From positions 80,910,001-80,974,000 of the forward strand of contig OX597820.1 in the NCBI GenBank assembly GCA_951406725.2: a stretch of DNA of 64,000 bases, written 5' to 3'. Each line of letters opens with the position of its first letter. Positions within the stretch are counted from its first letter, which is position 1. This document shows positions 60,076 through 64,000 of this stretch, one piece after another. A program made the translations under genes and the position numbers. This DNA is from Octopus vulgaris. Taxonomy: Eukaryota. Under the pieces are notes generated by a model. It had not been told where the DNA came from, did not search any database, and worked only from the letters and a program-made list of their open reading frames with translations.

Positions 60076-60260
60076 ATGCCGTGCGAAATGCATAGCGATA
60101 TTTCGCCTTTCTCTACTTTCTGAGTTCAAATTCCGCCATGGTCGACTTTGCCTTTCATCTTTTCGGGTTCGATAAATTAAATACCAGTTGCGTACTGGAG
60201 TCGATCTAATAGGCTGGTCCCCTCCCCCAAAATTTCGGACCTTGTGCCTAGAGTAGGAAA
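60076..60260 (+). mobile_element. Nin/Deu-domain-like SINE, 5'-truncated, preceded by an 18-bp x3 tandem repeat
   Basis: ttctgagttcaaattccgccatggtcgactttgcctttcatc...ccttgtgcctagagtag. Confidence 0.8.
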
Positions 60261-60722
60261 GAAGAGATATAGAGGGGTATGTGTTAATGATCATGGTGGT
60301 TCGTATATGGGTGGTATTCGTAGGTGGGGGTAAACATTTAGATTTATGAAAGAATTCAAAAGTGCAGAATTTGTGCTTTATTTACAAAAAGATTGCCAAA
60401 ACTATGCATAGTCCAGGAAAGATAGAGTAAACGTTTTTATTTCTCTTTCCCTTTCAGAATTACAACTATTGGTGGTTTGGAGTTTAACTGCTCTTTCTAA
60501 TGAGTCAGATGTCCTATTATGGTCATCTCTTATGTGTTTAAATGCTCACTGTATTTTCCTATGAATAATATATAGTCTATAATATATAGTCTATATTGAC
60601 TATTTTTCCTTCTCGCTAGACCACTGGTAGCGGAGAATTTTTCTAGAATTTTTCTAAAATTTTTTTTTTTTGCTACCCTAAGATTTATTAATTTATGTCT
60701 GTATGTCTATATGTATGTATAT

Positions 60723-61485
60723 CAGTGGAGACTCCCATACTCAGGCTGTTCGGGCTTAGCCCGAGTATAAATTTAGTAAAGTGAGCGTGTATTTGCAAGC
60801 TGATTTAATTTCTACCAACACTGCCTTCAAGTATGTAATTTCAGCCAATAACTCGAGCTCCTTTTATTGAGCCGGTTGCAGTTCCCCGTCTGGCAGTCGT
60901 CTTAGCACTGCCCTGTGTTAAAGAATATCAATCGTAGCAGACGTTCTCTCGACATCATTCACACGTGCCTGTCTCAGGCTCAGAAGTTACAGACCAAGTT
61001 GTTATCTATGATCGTAAAAATTAAGGTAATTCAAATTCAATGTTTTCTTGAAACAATAAATGTCTACGGAGATTAGGATTTAAATTCCAATCTACGAAAA
61101 GTTTCCGTTCTAAAATATTCTTTGAAGGAACGAAAAATTACCCAGCAACTCGGGCTAATACGATCAAACCTGGTAGGTACAAAAAACTTACTGACATCTC
61201 TTGTCAAGAGTACAGGCAACAGTCAGATCGCTGATGTTTGTTGCGCACTCCGCTGTCGTTATTTGATTGCCATTATTCTGTGTGTCTGTATGTAAAGATC
61301 AGTTGTGTTTTGCAGGATTGTTTTATTTTTACCTTTAACTTGGAAATGGAGAAAGACATAGTGCTAGATATAAAAATAAGCCATTTGGGGCGATAAATGA
61401 AGCGGTAAAACGTGAAATTCTTCGAGTGTCTTATGTGAAATCTGTGATGAGCCAGAGAGACGCTGATGACCTGGAGTCACCGCTG
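60723..61485. mobile_element. hAT-type non-autonomous element
   Basis: TIR cagtggagactcc vs reverse complement cagcggtgactcc; 8-bp flanks atgtatat/atatatat. Confidence 0.5.
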
Positions 61486-61501
61486 ATATATATATATATA
61501 T

Positions 61502-61760
61502 AAATTAGAAATGTTGAATTTCTAAATGTCTCAGAGAGACATAAGCGGTGGTGAAGCGATGTAGTGGTCGTATACTGTCAACTCAATGTGACAGTCCCGT
61601 AAGGGAATTACACCACCACCATTTAGCCCTTTGCAAATATAAGGACACAGAAAATGTGTCAAAGCCGACAGGAGACGTTGATGTTTCTTAGGGCTAAATG
61701 GCGGTGGTGTAATTCCCTTACGGGACTGTCACATTGAGTTGACAGTATACGACCACTATA
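61502..61760. repeat. fold-back element with ~69-bp near-perfect arms between (TA)n tracts
   Basis: 61562-61630 is the reverse complement of 61691-61759; same family as 17471-17760. Confidence 0.88.
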
Positions 61761-61849
61761 TATATATATAATTAAAATCAAAATGAGGGTGAAATATATA
61801 TATGTATATATATATATATAAAATTAAAATCAAAATGAGGGTGAAATAA

Positions 61850-61892
<43 letters not shown>

Positions 61893-61895
<3 letters not shown>

Positions 61896-62336
61896 TAACT
61901 GAAATACCCGGTGTTGTCCCAGTTAATGACTCCGAGAATTAACAATAACATTGCAACGAAAAGAACACTCAGTGAAATTTCGAACTAAAACCACTTTTTG
62001 TAGACCTTTTTATTTTCTTCTTTTAAGAATATATTTATGTTTGATATCCAAATTCCAAACATATCTAAGTTCAAGTCTGTAAAAAATTGTACACAAATTC
62101 AAATCTTTTGAATCCATTTTCAGTTTCTGCTTAAACGTACGCTTTACTCTAACTCAACATTGCAATCCCAAGTGCTAACACGAAACCCTAGCATTAAATT
62201 CTGACCCTCAAAGGGGTGAGAAAGAGCATGATATGAAAGACGTGTGTGGAGAGAGAGAGAGACAGACAGAGACAGACAGACAGGCAGACAGATAGAGAGG
62301 GCAGAGCGAGAAAGAGCGCGATATGAAAGGTGTGTG

Positions 62337-62380
<44 letters not shown>

Positions 62381-62605
62381 GACAGACAGACAGACAGAAA
62401 GAGACTGAGAAAGAGAGAGAGGGGGGATGAGAAAAAGAATGAGTTTGGTTTAATCACAGAAATAGTTGTTGTAGGATTAAGTTACATTTGTGGGTATAAT
62501 GTCATAAATGTATGTGTATACATGTTAATAGAGTAAACCTTGGATCTAAGTCATTCATTTTCTTAAAGGTGACAGCGAGTGACATACTTGGTACAGTATT
62601 ATATA
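61893..62605 (+). mobile_element. possible non-autonomous Helitron/Helentron-type element with internal (GACA)n
   Basis: Begins actaactgaaatacccggtgttgtccc (short hairpin-type end), contains GA/GACA microsatellites and ends near tattatatat; recall-based. Confidence 0.3.
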
Positions 62606-62746
62606 TTTGTAAAATTGAATAGAAATGGTATTTTCTAATAATTTTTCCACTTTAATAATTAGATGTAAAGTGGAAAAAATTATCATTATTCATTTTTTCA
62701 AATATATATATCAGAGTGAAACGAACATCATCTCAGTATGACTCAC

Positions 62747-62825
62747 AAGAATGTTTGCCGTGTTTTGCTTTCTTGAGTCTTGTCAATGACATGTACCCAG
62801 TCATCATATGCTAAGAAGAAATCTC
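62747..62825 (-). CDS. possible isolated internal exon of a neighbouring minus-strand gene
   Basis: tttcaag|..|gtgagt, 79 nt, DFFLAYDDWVHVIDKTQESKTRQTF; no partner exon found. Confidence 0.3.
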
Positions 62826-63813
62826 CTTGAAATTGCAGAAAGTTTGCCAAGTTAAAAGTAACTAAAGATATGCAATTGAAATAGCCACCTAACATATATG
62901 CACCACTGAATGGTGAAAATCTGAATTGTCTCAGAGAAAATCTCTTCATAGATATGTTATGTTGAAAATAAAAAGTGCTATATAAGTGGGTGAAGCAAAT
63001 ATCATCCCATAAGTGATGTTCTTATGAGTCACAACAAAAACAATGTTTACCATGTATAACATGTTTATTACAGATTTTCTGTCAAGCAAAAACTGCTGTG
63101 CCATACCTTTCAATATTGTATATGTTAATTATGGGACATGGAAGTGAATTTTATATAGAGGGTAGAAATGACGAGCATAATCAGCTTCACATAAATGTTT
63201 TAATAGATCCAGAGAAACAAACACAAAAACAAAAGGAAAAAAAAATCAAAGTTGGTGAAGACGACAATATGTAAATGTCTCAGCCTTTACCAACAATTTC
63301 TACTGGAATTTATTTTTAGCTATCATGTTTATTTCTGAGGACAGTTTGGCTGGCTTTACAGACATTTTTCTGATAATTCAAACAAATTCTTAGTGTCTGA
63401 GATATGAATATATTTAAACATTCCATTCATTCCTAGATCTGACCAAGCTAGTTTATAGATGCCACTTGGATGTAACTTGAACAAATCAAAGTACATTTAA
63501 GATAAAAGATAAAAATAAAATATACTCGGGTACTGTTTCTCTCTCTCTCTTTATCTAGCTACTTATCACTCCCAAAACATTTGAATAAATAAGTGTGTGT
63601 ATATGTATATTTTCAACTTTATTCCACATTACTATATTACATGGGCATACATATCCATTTATCCAATATCCAAAAATAAACAAAGAGGAACAAGGAAAGA
63701 AAAAGAAAGAAAAAAAGAAGAAGAGAAAAATGAAAAACAAAAAAAAAAAGAAAGAAAAAAGGCAAAAAACCAATGCAACACCAAGTACCTCAATTGGTTA
63801 CATAACACAAGGT

Positions 63814-64000
63814 CTAACAGAACTTATTGAAGCAAGCCAATACACTCATGGCATTACTATGGGTGATGGTAAGGTTAAGGCATTGGAACAGCCAAGCAGC
63901 CTCATGGGTGTCACCTGACACCTTGATGAGGCAAGCTGCCCATGATGACAAGCACTTCGCTGTTAGCAGCTCAACCCTTCCAATCATCTCAAACACCAGA
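63814..64000 (-). mobile_element. 3' end of a CRE-like (REL-endonuclease) non-LTR retrotransposon
   Basis: SGDTHEAAWLFQCLNLTITHSNAMSVLA resembles the C-terminal pattern TGDxRExxWLxQRLSxAxxRGNAxSxL. Confidence 0.5.

Noticed and set aside
975-62536. Many ORFs rich in YI/HT/CV/YVCM repeats
   Set aside because: These are translations of (TA)n, (CA)n, (TACA)n and (GACA)n microsatellites, not genes

Overview
AT-rich, microsatellite-dense eukaryotic DNA, probably from an octopus or other coleoid cephalopod (inferred only from the SINE families and repeat landscape). Bases 1-52 kb hold the 3' part of one large plus-strand gene that the ORF track does not show as a gene. It has 26 tandem exons, all phase 1-1 and mostly 174 nt. 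Each encodes one ~58-aa helical repeat (consensus roughly S/TPxxLRxxLxxAxxxKDxxxLxxAIxECxxAGxPELxxDxxxARxxLxxLGGGxG). Three further exons encode a C-terminal region resembling a divergent dynein-MTBD-like/hillarin-type tail and a Ser/Thr-rich end, with the stop at 51876-51878. About 1,770 codons lie in the window and the start is upstream. The repeats alternate between A and B types and form a 4-exon super-repeat. Donor sites switch from weak GTY to canonical GTA near the 3' end. The introns and the 3' flank contain decayed transposons: mariner, a DD37D/maT element, Penelope-like elements, RTE, R4-like and CRE-like LINEs, a CsRn1-clade Ty3/gypsy element split by a SINE, hAT-like and Merlin-like MITEs, two SINE families, and several fold-back elements next to (TA)n tracts. 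Family assignments come from motif recall, not database searches.
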